From contig NC_020304.1 in assembly GCF_000341395.1 (NCBI RefSeq), positions 3,840,001 through 3,872,000 of the forward strand: a DNA stretch of 32,000 bases. The letters run 5' to 3'. Below the pieces are notes generated by a model. It searched no databases. It saw only the letters and a list, made by a program, of their open reading frames with translations, and was not told where the DNA came from. This DNA is from Desulfocapsa sulfexigens DSM 10523 (GTDB lineage Bacteria; Desulfobacterota; Desulfobulbia; Desulfobulbales; Desulfocapsaceae). This document shows, piece after piece, positions 1 to 10,200 of this stretch (position 1 is the first letter of the stretch; every line of letters begins with the position of its first letter). The translations under genes were made by a program, and so were the position numbers.

Positions 1-1140
1 CTTATAGGAATGAAAACCTGATCGAAAAAGTACCGCAATATTGTTCAGTGCTATTCCTTGCCCACGTAACTCCGCAATCTTTTTCGAAACAAAAGCAGCT
101 TCCTCCCGCTCATCACGTCCCGCAAAAAGTCGGGGCTTAAATTTCCCCTCTATTCTGGTGAAAAGTGTCTTTGCATACTTCTCAACAGCATTAGTCATAA
201 TATCATTGGTAAGGGACAGGATGGGCTGAGTGGAACGATAGTTTTCTTCGAGTTTAATAATTTTTGTTTCCTTAAACACCTTGGGGAAGCGCATGATATT
301 GTAGAAATCTGCCCCCCGAAAGGAGTAGATGGACTGAGAGTCATCCCCCACCACCATCACATTTTCATGACCGTGGGCGAGCAGTCGTACAATATCCGCC
401 TGAATCAAGTTGGTGTCCTGATACTCATCCACCATGATATGTGAATACCTTGCAGCCATCTCCTGTCTGGCCTCGGGAATTTCATCCAGCAGCCGTTTCC
501 AGTTTACCAACAGATCATCGTAATCCATGAGTCCATTATTAAACTTAAACTCTTTATAATACTTTTCCAGATTCAGGATATCATCCACATGTTCACTGAG
601 ATGGGAATAACTTTCGTAAACAAGATCGTCTATGGGGATGGATTTATTCACCGAGCCTGAAAGGATATTAATCAGTACCCTCTTGGTGGGAAACTGTTTG
701 TCACGACCGGTAAGTCCAAGAGACCCCTTTAACAAATTAACAATGCCTTCAGCATCAGCGCGATCAATTATGGTAAAGGAAGAACCGAACCCAAGGTGAT
801 GTCCATGTCTGCGAAGCAGCATATTGGCAATACCGTGAAACGTTCCTCCAACCACGCGACGACAGGTTTCATTGAGAAGCTGGCCGGCACGCCAGAGCAT
901 TTCCTGAGAGGCCTTTCTGGTAAAAGTGAGCAGGAGTATTCTTTCCGGATCAATCCCCTGTTCCAACAGATAGGCAACCCTGTACACCAGAGTTCGTGTT
1001 TTACCACTCCCGGCACCGGCGATGACAAGCAGTGGCCCCTCGGTGCTGGTTACAGCCTCTCGTTGTGAAGCATTGAGTTCATTAAGATTTACTGAAGATT
1101 TCAGAGGATCATTCAGATTGCGAAAGATAGTATTTTTCAT
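1..1140 (-). CDS. UvrD/Rep/PcrA-family ATP-dependent DNA helicase, first 380 codons (rest of the gene lies beyond the window edge)
   Basis: Absent from the ORF track because it runs off the edge. My reverse-complement translation from ATG at 1138-1140 gives MKNTIFRNLNDPLKSSVNLNELNASQREAVTSTEGPLLVIAGAGSGKTRTLVYRVAYLLEQGIDPERILLLTFTRKASQEM. This contains Walker A AGAGSGKT and motif Ia TFTRKA. Further on come IMVDEYQDTN (motif II) and VVGDDSQSIYSFRGA (motif III). The frame stays open to base 1. Confidence 0.9.
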   Translation of the reverse strand, partial: MKNTIFRNLNDPLKSSVNLNELNASQREAVTSTEGPLLVIAGAGSGKTRTLVYRVAYLLEQGIDPERILLLTFTRKASQEMLWRAGQLLNETCRRVVGGTFHGIANMLLRRHGHHLGFGSSFTIIDRADAEGIVNLLKGSLGLTGRDKQFPTKRVLINILSGSVNKSIPIDDLVYESYSHLSEHVDDILNLEKYYKEFKFNNGLMDYDDLLVNWKRLLDEIPEARQEMAARYSHIMVDEYQDTNLIQADIVRLLAHGHENVMVVGDDSQSIYSFRGADFYNIMRFPKVFKETKIIKLEENYRSTQPILSLTNDIMTNAVEKYAKTLFTRIEGKFKPRLFAGRDEREEAAFVSKKIAELRGQGIALNNIAVLFRSGFHSYK

Positions 1141-1182
1141 GGTGGCCACTTTACCACAGAGACTTTTGAGCTGCAACGTCGG

Positions 1183-1210
1183 TTGACAGAAGAGTCAGGA
1201 AGTTTATAGT
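1183..1210 (+). promoter_or_regulatory. sigma70-type promoter candidate for the 1262 ORF
   Basis: TTGACA (1183-1188), 16-nt spacer, TATAGT (1205-1210), about 50 nt upstream of ATG 1262. It sits in the divergent region between the helicase and the 1262 ORF. Confidence 0.5.
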
Positions 1211-1261
1211 GTGGCGCAGACTAAGGAATCATACTTATAACTTTTACAGAGAATCAGAACC

Positions 1262-1654
1262 ATGGATACAAGTACAATCGACGCCCTCTTCACCCCTGAA
1301 GCCCTACAGCAGCTTTTTCCAAAAGAACGTACAAATGATTTTTTTGAAGCCCTCTTCGGTGATGCCGACGAAGGAGCCTATGACATTGAACTGGGATATG
1401 GTGGAGTGAAGGGAAACAATCTGACCATGGAACTTAAACTTCATGAACGCCCTGGATGCTGTCTAGCCTGTAACCTCACTCAGGGTTTACCACAGGTGTT
1501 TAGTCGCCATCCAATTATTAATGTGTCCGGTCTGGTTGCCGACGTCAACAAACTGCTGGGAGACAATGTGAAGTGCAAAGAATGGTCACTTGGCTACACT
1601 GAACAACGCCAAAAAGAGATGCATGTTATTCCAATCAACATCACCCTGGACTGA
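1262..1654 (+). CDS. hypothetical protein (130 aa), no family recognised
   Basis: ATG-initiated ORF framed by a near-consensus promoter upstream and a strong hairpin terminator downstream. It contains the Cys cluster HERPGCCLACNL. I cannot assign a domain. Confidence 0.7.
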   Translation: MDTSTIDALFTPEALQQLFPKERTNDFFEALFGDADEGAYDIELGYGGVKGNNLTMELKLHERPGCCLACNLTQGLPQVFSRHPIINVSGLVADVNKLLGDNVKCKEWSLGYTEQRQKEMHVIPINITLD

Positions 1655-1683
1655 TTTCATATTCTGTCCAGTTGCGCAAAAAT

Positions 1684-1720
1684 AAGAAAGGCCGATCCTT
1701 TTTGAGGATCGGCCTTTCTT
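1684..1720. terminator. bidirectional rho-independent terminator between convergent genes
   Basis: Perfect 15-bp stem aagaaaggccgatcc (1684-1698) / ggatcggcctttctt (1706-1720) with a 7-nt loop. An A-rich run lies on the left and T-rich stem ends on the right. It sits between the 1654 stop (+) and the 1743 stop (-). Confidence 0.75.
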
Positions 1721-1742
1721 GCTAATACGTAGTACTTGTAAT

Positions 1743-2756
1743 TTAACAAACAGTCACCCTGGAACGACCCTCGGATTTAGCATTATACAGAATATCATCA
1801 ACCCGCTGCATCCACTCATCAAGGTTTTCTTCAAGTCTCCACTGTGTCATACCAATAGACACGCCAAGTTTTGTTTCGGAGTTTGCCCAGATATTCAGTT
1901 CATCTATGGCCAGACAGAGACGCTCGGCCAGAATTCTGGCACTCTTCTCATCGGTATCATCCATAACGAGTATAAACTCATCCCCACCAAAACGTACCAG
2001 CATATCTGTTGACCGGATACCTTCACGAAAAATATCTGCAACCTTCTTGAGAACAACATCACCCTGTTTATGGCCCAGATTATCATTGATCTGTTTGAAA
2101 TGATCAAGGTCAAGAGAGGCCATGGTCAGAGGACGATGATACCGTCTTGCTCCACGCATAATATCCAGAATCCGTTCGTCAAAAACCCGCCTGTTGGCAA
2201 GACCCGTCAGGGCATCTTTCCTCGCACTTTCAAAAAGCTCCTCATATTCGATGCCACGCCTTAGAGACTCTGCCAGGACAAGTAATGATTCATTTATAAG
2301 GCTGATTTCATTGTCAGACAGCGCTTTGTCATTTTTGAGGATAATCAGGATTCCGGCATCTTCAGCAGTCTCAATAAGCCATTTATGGGCATAATGTCCA
2401 TCTTCACTCATATACGCCTTTGCTTCCTGGTCGGCATTATTGAGAATTTTTTCAGCAAAAGCTATGATGGAACGACGTTTAGGGCCGTGCCCTGAACAGA
2501 AGAGATGCTTCTTGGAGCGAACCTGATTTTTATAGCCAACCAACTCGTGCTCAACCTGTGGCATCAACCATACAGAATACGCCTCTATCATTCCGGAAAC
2601 ATCGAGCACGCCAGCCATACGGCCATGCAGTTTGTTCATGAGATCAAGACGTTCTGTCTGTCGCCTGAAATGGTCAAGTTCAACCCAAACCTGATCAAGT
2701 GCGTCACTTTTCTGATCAATAGAAGCTGTGTGCGATATAGACATTTTAATACTCAT
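1743..2756 (-). CDS. diguanylate cyclase (GGDEF domain) with an unassigned N-terminal sensor region
   Basis: The C-terminal half has DALTGLANRR, LDLDHFKQINDNLGHKQGD and RSTD-x5-GGDEF (I-site plus active site, nt 1974-2015). The track ORF starts at 2828, but ATG 2754-2756 (MSIKMSIS...) has AGAGGAAAA about 8 nt upstream, so I prefer the shorter start. Confidence 0.9.
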   Translation of the reverse strand: MSIKMSISHTASIDQKSDALDQVWVELDHFRRQTERLDLMNKLHGRMAGVLDVSGMIEAYSVWLMPQVEHELVGYKNQVRSKKHLFCSGHGPKRRSIIAFAEKILNNADQEAKAYMSEDGHYAHKWLIETAEDAGILIILKNDKALSDNEISLINESLLVLAESLRRGIEYEELFESARKDALTGLANRRVFDERILDIMRGARRYHRPLTMASLDLDHFKQINDNLGHKQGDVVLKKVADIFREGIRSTDMLVRFGGDEFILVMDDTDEKSARILAERLCLAIDELNIWANSETKLGVSIGMTQWRLEENLDEWMQRVDDILYNAKSEGRSRVTVC

Positions 2757-3084
2757 TATATGTTTTCCTCTGTATGTTTTCTTACGGTTATTACTTATAT
2801 CGGCAGACAGGAGAAATTCCTTAAGCAACTTCCGTCACTTTTTTATTGAGCAATTGTTATGCCAGAAAGAAACAGCAGTCAACATCAAGACAAAAATGAA
2901 TAAAAATGCATATTATCAAGACATTAGGAAAGGCAGTGAAACGTCACAGGTTTCAGTTCATTTTTTTGACACTCTTTTTCTCGCCTCAACACCCTCTCAA
3001 ATTTCGTCATATTTTTGACTATCCATGGTGAGTTGCTGATCCTTGCTGTAATCGATTTATTTTAACTGTTTTTTTTTCACCCCG

Positions 3085-4200
3085 ATGCTAGACTTGCAGG
3101 CAACTATTCATGTCCAAATCAACCCACATCCCACCATGAAATTAGAATCAATTATTGGTCAGCTTTTCATTCTTGGGTTCAATGGACCATCCATTGATCC
3201 AACCCATCGCATAGTTGCTGACATCCGAGACAGAAATCTCGGGGGAGTAATTCTCTTCGATAAACTCCTTGCAAAAAATGAGGCCAGAAACAATATCACA
3301 GGCCCTGCTCAGGTAAAAAAATTAACCATTTCTCTGCAAGGCCATGCCACCACCCCTCTTCTTGTGGCCATCGATCAGGAAGGCGGGATGGTCAAAAGAT
3401 TGAAAGCCGAAACGGGATTCCCTGAGACTGCCAGCGCCAGTGATTTAGGAGATCATGATGACCCCACACTCACAGCTATTCACGCCGGATGCACAGCTCA
3501 AACCCTTAATCACCTTGGAATAAACTTCAACCTTGCCCCCGTTGTTGATCTCAATATATTCCCTGGCAATCCCGTAATCGGGAAAATTAAACGCAGTTTT
3601 TCCGATGATCCGGAAACGGTTATTCGTCATGCGACGATCTGGATTCAGGAACATAAGAAACTGAATATCCTCTCCTGTCTTAAGCACTTTCCCGGCCATG
3701 GAAGCTCTCGAACTGATTCACATCTGGGATTTACCGACATCAGTACTAGCTGGCAGGAAAAGGAACTCACTCCCTTTAAAAGACTCATAGCCCCTGCCAG
3801 TCAAACGAGAGTGGAAAGTCTGATGCTCGGCCATCTGTTCAACAGGAACCTTGATCCTCAATATCCTGCCACTCTCTCCCGTATTGTTATTCAGGATCTA
3901 CTCCGCACTCAAATTGGCTTTAATGGCGTGGTTATAACCGATGATCTTCAGATGAAAGCCATTACTGACAAATATGGCCTTGAAGAATCTGTCTGCCTTG
4001 CCCTTGCCGCCGGGGCCGATATGGTTATCGTAGGAAACAACCTGGAGTATGACCCAGATTTTCTTAAGAAAATTATTCCTGCTATTATAAGTGCCGTTAA
4101 AGAAAAAAGAATCCCTGAGAGGAGAATTTGTGAAGCCTGGCAGCGTGTCAAAAATATGAAAAAGTACCTTTCCGGATCAAACAGAAAAAGATCAGACTAG
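3085..4200 (+). CDS. nagZ: beta-N-acetylhexosaminidase (glycoside hydrolase family 3, NagZ-like)
   Basis: GH3 N-terminal domain motifs: LGGVILF, VAIDQEGGMVKRL, KHFPGHG, VITDDLQM. The start is ambiguous between ATG 3085 and ATG 3136 (MKLESIIGQLFILGF...). Neither has a clear Shine-Dalgarno sequence. Confidence 0.85.
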   Translation: MLDLQATIHVQINPHPTMKLESIIGQLFILGFNGPSIDPTHRIVADIRDRNLGGVILFDKLLAKNEARNNITGPAQVKKLTISLQGHATTPLLVAIDQEGGMVKRLKAETGFPETASASDLGDHDDPTLTAIHAGCTAQTLNHLGINFNLAPVVDLNIFPGNPVIGKIKRSFSDDPETVIRHATIWIQEHKKLNILSCLKHFPGHGSSRTDSHLGFTDISTSWQEKELTPFKRLIAPASQTRVESLMLGHLFNRNLDPQYPATLSRIVIQDLLRTQIGFNGVVITDDLQMKAITDKYGLEESVCLALAAGADMVIVGNNLEYDPDFLKKIIPAIISAVKEKRIPERRICEAWQRVKNMKKYLSGSNRKRSD

Positions 4201-4210
4201 AGGAGATACT

Positions 4211-4624
4211 ATGGAAGTACAGGGACAATACACTGAAGAATCTCATACCCCGGTAATAGGATACATCCTGTGGATTTTTGGGTTTCTTGGTGCCCATCGT
4301 TTTTACTATGGCCGACCAGTTTCAGGAACGCTCTATTTTTTCACCTTCGGTCTCCTGTTTGTCGGATGGATTATAGACCTCTTCCTTATCCCCGGGATGA
4401 ACAGAGAAGCATCCTTCAGATTCCGTCAGGGGCAAATAGACTACAATATCGCCTGGATTCTTCTTACTTTTCTTGGCGTCTTCGGAATACACCGATTTTA
4501 TCAGGGGAAGTGGATATCAGGAATCCTTTATCTTCTAACGGGTGGCTTTTTTCTGATCGGAATTATTTATGACTTCTGGACACTGAATGAGCAGATCAGC
4601 CTGATCAACTACGAAACGACATAG
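4211..4624 (+). CDS. TM2 domain-containing membrane protein (two TM2 repeats)
   Basis: Two copies of the TM2 signature with flanking hydrophobic helices (GAHRFYYGRPVSG and GIHRFYQGKWISG). AGGAGA RBS lies 4 nt before the ATG. The gene starts 10 nt after the nagZ stop, so it is probably co-transcribed. Confidence 0.85.
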   Translation: MEVQGQYTEESHTPVIGYILWIFGFLGAHRFYYGRPVSGTLYFFTFGLLFVGWIIDLFLIPGMNREASFRFRQGQIDYNIAWILLTFLGVFGIHRFYQGKWISGILYLLTGGFFLIGIIYDFWTLNEQISLINYETT

Positions 4625-4639
4625 TCCTGCCGGCACAAA

Positions 4640-6169
4640 TTACACAGTATCCAGTGTTGAGCGTACCATGGATGCCAGTTTCTGGAGTGTTACCGGTTTA
4701 GTAAACCAGGCTGAAAGCCCTGCAGCTTCCAGTTCTTCTTCCGAGAATTTTGCCTCGTATCCGGAACAGAGAATAACGGGAATGGTTGCTCTCAACTTTT
4801 TCAGTTCAATACACAGCTCGACACCAGTCATATCAGGCATGGTTAAATCGGTGAGAACTAAATCAAAGGAATAGGGGTTACTGGCGAACAGAGTTAATGC
4901 TTTCCGTGGGGAGAGGCAGGTCATTACCTCATACCCCAAAGTTTCCAGTATTTTTTTTGTTACCTCCAGCACAGCTGCCTGATCATCAACCACCAGAACA
5001 CGCTCGGTACCACCTAAACTGGTCACAGGCCCATCTTCTAGAATCATCCCATCACCCACAGGGACAACACAGGGGAAATACAGATGAAAGACTGTCCCAT
5101 TCCCTCTCTCACTTTCCAGCTCAATTCGACCTCCGCATTGAGTAACAATCCCATGAACCATAGCAAGACCAAGCCCTGTTCCCTGGCCCTTTTCCTTAGT
5201 AGTGAAGTAGGGTTCAAATACTCTTTCCTGAAGATCCAGGGAAATGCCGGGGCCACTATCGGCTACGGACAATTCTACCCAGTCACTTCCGTGAATATCA
5301 GGGCTGCTCATAGCGAGCCTCACAGTGATCTTCCCCTGTTCATCACCAATTGCCTGGGCACTGTTTGTGCATAGATTGAGAAGCACCTGGTGCAGTTGAA
5401 CCGGATCAATGGAAACCATTCCACACTCGGGATCCACATCCTCACGCACCTCTATCGTGGCTGGTAATGTAGCACGGAGGAGTTTTATAACCTCCTTCAC
5501 TATGGGGTGCAGATATTGAGGGGTTTCTTTTTGTTCCCGGCTTCTTGAAAAAGTCAATATCTGCTCAACCAGACTTTTTGCTCTTTTGGCTGCAGCAAGA
5601 ATCTCTCCAATAAATTGACCAGAGCTTGAATCAAGATGCTCTTCCCGTTGGGCCATAAGCCGCATGATTTCCGAATAACCGATGATTGGTGTCAGCACAT
5701 TGTTAAAATCATGGGCTATACCGCCGGCCAGAGTTCCAATGGCTTCCATCTTCTGGGCATGACGGAGTTGCTGCTCCGTCTTTCTCTGTTCGGTGCGATC
5801 AAGCAATGTGGTGACAAGACCAACGATTTTGTTATCATCATCTGTTATCGCCGCCTTATTAAAAATGACAAACCGTTCACTTTCTCCCGAACGCTGTACT
5901 GTTGCTTCAAATGTTTCCCTTCCACCGGCATGCAGTATAACACTATCCACTTCCCGGTTTTTCTGTCCAGCCCCTCCTCCCAGTAAGGCGTACAGGTCTG
6001 TAATTTCTCTGGAGTCGAGATGACGAAACCCAAAAAAGGTTCTGAAGGCACGGTTAGCTCCGAGAAAGTCACCATTGGCGTCCTGTATACAGACAGGTGC
6101 AGAAATAGCATCGACCATTTTTTGATCAAAACAAAAAGTATCTTTACTGGAGGATTTTGATTTGCTCAT
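4640..6169 (-). CDS. soluble PAS-domain hybrid sensor histidine kinase / response regulator
   Basis: N-terminal PAS-like region, H-box IAHDFNNVLTPIIGYSE, HATPase motifs LCTNSAQAI / DSGPGI / GTGLGLAMV, and C-terminal REC (VLVVDDQ ... LVLTDLTMPDMTG ... TKP). No TM helices and no Hpt. ATG lies 4 nt after the stop of the upstream gene. Confidence 0.9.
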   Translation of the reverse strand: MSKSKSSSKDTFCFDQKMVDAISAPVCIQDANGDFLGANRAFRTFFGFRHLDSREITDLYALLGGGAGQKNREVDSVILHAGGRETFEATVQRSGESERFVIFNKAAITDDDNKIVGLVTTLLDRTEQRKTEQQLRHAQKMEAIGTLAGGIAHDFNNVLTPIIGYSEIMRLMAQREEHLDSSSGQFIGEILAAAKRAKSLVEQILTFSRSREQKETPQYLHPIVKEVIKLLRATLPATIEVREDVDPECGMVSIDPVQLHQVLLNLCTNSAQAIGDEQGKITVRLAMSSPDIHGSDWVELSVADSGPGISLDLQERVFEPYFTTKEKGQGTGLGLAMVHGIVTQCGGRIELESERGNGTVFHLYFPCVVPVGDGMILEDGPVTSLGGTERVLVVDDQAAVLEVTKKILETLGYEVMTCLSPRKALTLFASNPYSFDLVLTDLTMPDMTGVELCIELKKLRATIPVILCSGYEAKFSEEELEAAGLSAWFTKPVTLQKLASMVRSTLDTV

Positions 6170-6173
6170 GGTT

Positions 6174-7211
6174 CTATTTCACTTTGTTATACACTTCCTC
6201 TACCTTCTCATAATTATCCAGAAACAATTCTACAACATAGGGATCAAAATGAACTCCTTTTTGTTCAATAATCACCTTTTTTGCTTCGCTCAATGGCCAC
6301 GCATCCTTATATGGGCGTTTCGATGAAAGAGCATCGAAAACATCACACAGAGCGGCAATGCGTCCCGGAAAAGGGATTTCCTCTTTCTGAAGCCCCAGTG
6401 GGAAGCCTGTTCCGTCCCATTTTTCATGGTGAGTCAGGGCGATAAGGTGGGCCATATTCATAAGCTCATTGTCAGAGCCAAAAAGAAGATCGGCACCAAT
6501 AAGTGTATGCCGTTTCATTTCATCAAATTCATCGGGAGTAAGTGTCCCTTTCTTATGCAATATGGCATCGCTTATACCCAACTTTCCTATATCATGCATG
6601 GCGCTTGCATGGAAGAGAAGAGTCAGTTCATGTTCCGGCATACCATGAGCACGTCCGAGAATCACACAGTAATGCGCCATCCTGGTAATATGACGACTTG
6701 TTTGATGGTCATGATATTCCGCTGCCTGTACAAGTCTGTTGGTAATCTCAATCTGAGTCTCCCGAAGTTCACGTGTTCGTTCAAGAATAATCTCTTCGAG
6801 CTCATCACGATGGCGCTGTAATTCACGTTGAGTCATGCGGAGTGCAATGTGGGTCTGTACTCTTGCCTTGACGATTACCGGGTTTACAGGCTTTACGATA
6901 TAATCAACAGCTCCAAGAAGAAAACCTCGAGTTTCATCCCTCTCCTCGTTCATTGCAGTGACAAAAATAATGGGAATATCTGCAGTTTCACGTTTTGATT
7001 TCAGTCGCTTACACACCTCGTAGCCATCCATTCCAGGCATCATCACATCGAGCAATATAAGATCTGGTTTTTTCTCAATTGCTGCCGCAATCGCATCAAA
7101 CCCACTGGTTGCAACAACAAGACGATAATTATCCCGAAGTGCACCGACAAGAATTTTAATATTAGCTGGAATATCATCGACCAAAAGGATAGTACTTTTC
7201 TGCCTGTTCAC
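6174..7211 (-). CDS. response regulator with HD-GYP (c-di-GMP phosphodiesterase-type) output domain
   Basis: REC domain (ILLVDD ... LILLDVMMPGMDG ... VTA ... VKP) followed by an HD-GYP domain (MHDIGK, HHEKWDGTGFP). The track start is TTG at 7244, which overlaps the upstream kinase by 32 nt. GTG at 7209-7211 (MNRQKSTILLVDD) lies 1 nt after the kinase stop and has GGGGGA upstream, so I prefer it. Both starts are possible. Confidence 0.9.
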   Translation of the reverse strand: MNRQKSTILLVDDIPANIKILVGALRDNYRLVVATSGFDAIAAAIEKKPDLILLDVMMPGMDGYEVCKRLKSKRETADIPIIFVTAMNEERDETRGFLLGAVDYIVKPVNPVIVKARVQTHIALRMTQRELQRHRDELEEIILERTRELRETQIEITNRLVQAAEYHDHQTSRHITRMAHYCVILGRAHGMPEHELTLLFHASAMHDIGKLGISDAILHKKGTLTPDEFDEMKRHTLIGADLLFGSDNELMNMAHLIALTHHEKWDGTGFPLGLQKEEIPFPGRIAALCDVFDALSSKRPYKDAWPLSEAKKVIIEQKGVHFDPYVVELFLDNYEKVEEVYNKVK

Positions 7212-7212
7212 C

Positions 7213-10200
7213 CTATTCCCCCTGTGACCGAAGACGTTTTTCAATCCGGACTATAAAATCAGCAGCACGCTCAAAATTATAATTACGAAGATGGTTTTCC
7301 ATTCGTGTCATCTCCTCATCAATCCCCTGTCCCTGAAAATCTTCTTTCTTTTCCAACCATAACTCCTCTGACATGGGATCACATTCATCTATCATATCCT
7401 TTAGCCGCCCAAGGGTTCGCAAAAGATCCTCAAGATCAACTGGAATCAGATTTTCCCTTAATTTTTTTTCATTGGCCTTACCTTTGCCACAGAGTGATTC
7501 AAGCTCTGAAACTACAGATTCAAGTGAAAAAAGACTCTTTCTTGTCTCCTCAAGATACTCTTCAAATTGAATGACCGCAGCTGTTGGGTCAGAAGCCTCC
7601 CGATGCTTTTGACTGGCATGAATTTCCTTGAGGAATAATTCAAGCTTCAGACTCACGCCCTGAAGATGGTGCGCTGAAAGATTGGCGGCGGTTCCTTTAA
7701 GGGTATGGATCTCCTTGACGGCATCAAGAATATCTTTTTCAAATATTCCTGGCAATCTCTCAATGACATCATTGCCAAATTCCAGCAAATCACTCAGCAT
7801 CCGGATATAAGCCCTAACATTTCCTGCCATTCTGATAACACCAGATTCTATATGCACTCCGGGGAAAGACTCAGGTAACTCAGGCATTCCGCCTGCCAGT
7901 TGAAAGGCGAACTCTTTTTTATGATATACCGTCTCCATCTGTTCCGGCCTGGTCCACCGGGTCAGTACGGAAAAAAGCAGTTCTGGAGTAATCGGCTTGG
8001 CAACGTAGTCATTCATACCTATTGCCATGCATTTTTCCCGATCTCCCTGCATCGCATGAGCAGTAACGGCAATCACCGGTATTTCAGTCAGTGCAGGGTT
8101 TTCTCTGATTGCTTCAGTGGCCTGAAATCCATCCATCACCGGCATCTGGACGTCCATCAGAACTGCATCAAACTCGTCTCCACGATCTTGTAATATATGA
8201 ACAGCCTCCTGCCCGTTGGTGGCAATTTCAACTATAACTCCAACACTTTCAAGAAGCTCTCTAGCAACATTTTGATTGATCCGGTTATCCTCGGCAAGCA
8301 GAATACGTACCCCAACGAGGTGTTCCGAACTGACTACTCCCTGCCTCGTCTCACGATCGTCAAGGCTTGAATGCATAGCCTCCGGATAATCAAAGATGTC
8401 CATGATTGTATCAAAGAGCAGGGACTGCTTGACAGGTTTTGTAAGGAAATAATTTGCCCCAGCCTCCCTGGCAAGCATCACCTCTCTCTCACCGCCAAAA
8501 GCTGTCATCATAATTATTGGAACACTATCACCACCTTCCATTGCACGAATTTTTTTCACACACTCGACGCCATCAACCTCTGGCATACGCCAATCCATCA
8601 AAATCAAGTTATACTTTTCAATTTTTCCGCCTATTCGCGTTTGAGCTACAGCACAGGAAGAGACCACATCGACATCAAAGTGAAATGATTCCAATATATT
8701 TGAGGTTATGCAGCTGGCAATTTCATTATCTTCAACAATCAGCACCCGGAGTCCCCTGATAGTGGCAGGCACCACATACTGTATTTCCCGTTCAACTGGT
8801 TGCCTGGTGAATTCGGCAGTAAAAAAAACTGTAGTTCCCTCGCCAGCCTTACTCTTTACCCATATATCGCCACCATGAAGACCAACAAGACGGCGACAAA
8901 TGGAAAGGCCCAGTCCGGTTCCGCCATACTCACGGGTCATGGATCCATCAGCCTGAGTAAAAGGTTCAAAAAGAGATTCGTACTGTTCCTCACTTATCCC
9001 CATGCCGGTATCACTGACCGAAAATAGAATTTTCACCATATTATCGGTCTCGGAGTCCACGGTGGCATGAACGAAAACAACACCTTTTTCCGTAAATTTT
9101 ATAGCATTGCCAAGCAGGTTAATAAAAACCTGTTCCATGCGTAACGGATCCCCCCGCAATGCAACCGGGACACCTGCTTCTACACCAATGACAAGTTCTA
9201 TATTTCTCGCGGCTGCCTGGTCACTGAAAAGATCTGCCAGCTTATCAAAAAGCTGATGCAACTGAAAATCGATGCGCTCAAGAGTAATTTTCCCGGCCTC
9301 AATTTTTGAAAAATCCAGAATGTCATTAATTATTGCCAGGAGTGATTCTGCCGAAGATCGTACCGTAAGAAGATATTCACGAAGTTTGGGACTTAATTTT
9401 TTATTGAGTGAAAGACCGACCATGCCAATAATCGCATTCATCGGGGTCCTGATTTCATGGCTCATATTAGCTAGAAAACTGGATTTAGCTTCATTGGCAG
9501 TCTGGGCCTCCACCATGGCACGTTCAAGTTTATCAGTCCGCTCCCGAACCAGATCATGGAGAGAGTCGTTCAAATCCCTCAATTCCGTGTCGCGCTGCTG
9601 TACTGCCTCACGCATAGCCTCAAAAGCTGAAGCCAGTTTTCCGATCTCATCCGTTACCCCGATGGAAATTCGATGCGTAAAATCACCACTTTTCATGGCA
9701 TCGGTTGCATCCACCAATCCATCAAGACGTCTCGTCCAATTCCCAATCCCTTTGAAAATGATAAAAATACCGATGGCTGCGGCCAGGTGTGCCGCAATCA
9801 GTGAGACAAAAGCCTGATGCAACTGCGCCTTACGAACAGCAACGAGAGACAGGGCCACAAGCACTTTTCCAACTTCTTTTGCCTCAAAGGATGTGTCTGA
9901 ATTACCGGCTGACAATGACCAGCCGGTAAAATTTTTATCCGTCTGAAAAACAATGGGATGAGAAACAATCAGTGATCCGCTGTTACTACCACTTTCAATA
10001 AAGGAATCATAGGCAACGGTATCAAGGTTTCGCTTCGCAACAATTTCATTGTCCTTGTTATAGATAATGAGAAACTGTACCTGATCATTCCAGAGAAAAC
10101 CGTCAATAAGCCGGTCGAGTTCCAGCTTGTCCTGGACAATCATTGGCAGCTCTGCGGCCTGAGCAAGCCCCTGCACAATCGCCTCCCCAGATCTTTCCTG

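Noticed and set aside
4628-4635. 8-nt palindrome tgccggca between the convergent TM2 and PAS-kinase genes, considered as a terminator
   Set aside because: It is too short to form a stem with a loop and has no T-tract. The 15-nt gap cannot hold a canonical terminator.
7212-7244. 32-nt overlap between the hybrid kinase 3' end and the TTG start of the HD-GYP regulator
   Set aside because: This is probably a start-codon artefact. A GTG 1 nt after the kinase stop, with a GGGGGA RBS, gives a typical receiver N-terminus. I cannot exclude the longer form without N-terminal proteomics.
9272-9817. 181-aa plus-strand ORF inside the hybrid kinase gene
   Set aside because: It is antisense to a kinase gene with a full motif set. 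The translation is Ser/Arg/Ile-rich and low in complexity, with no RBS. This is a typical shadow ORF.
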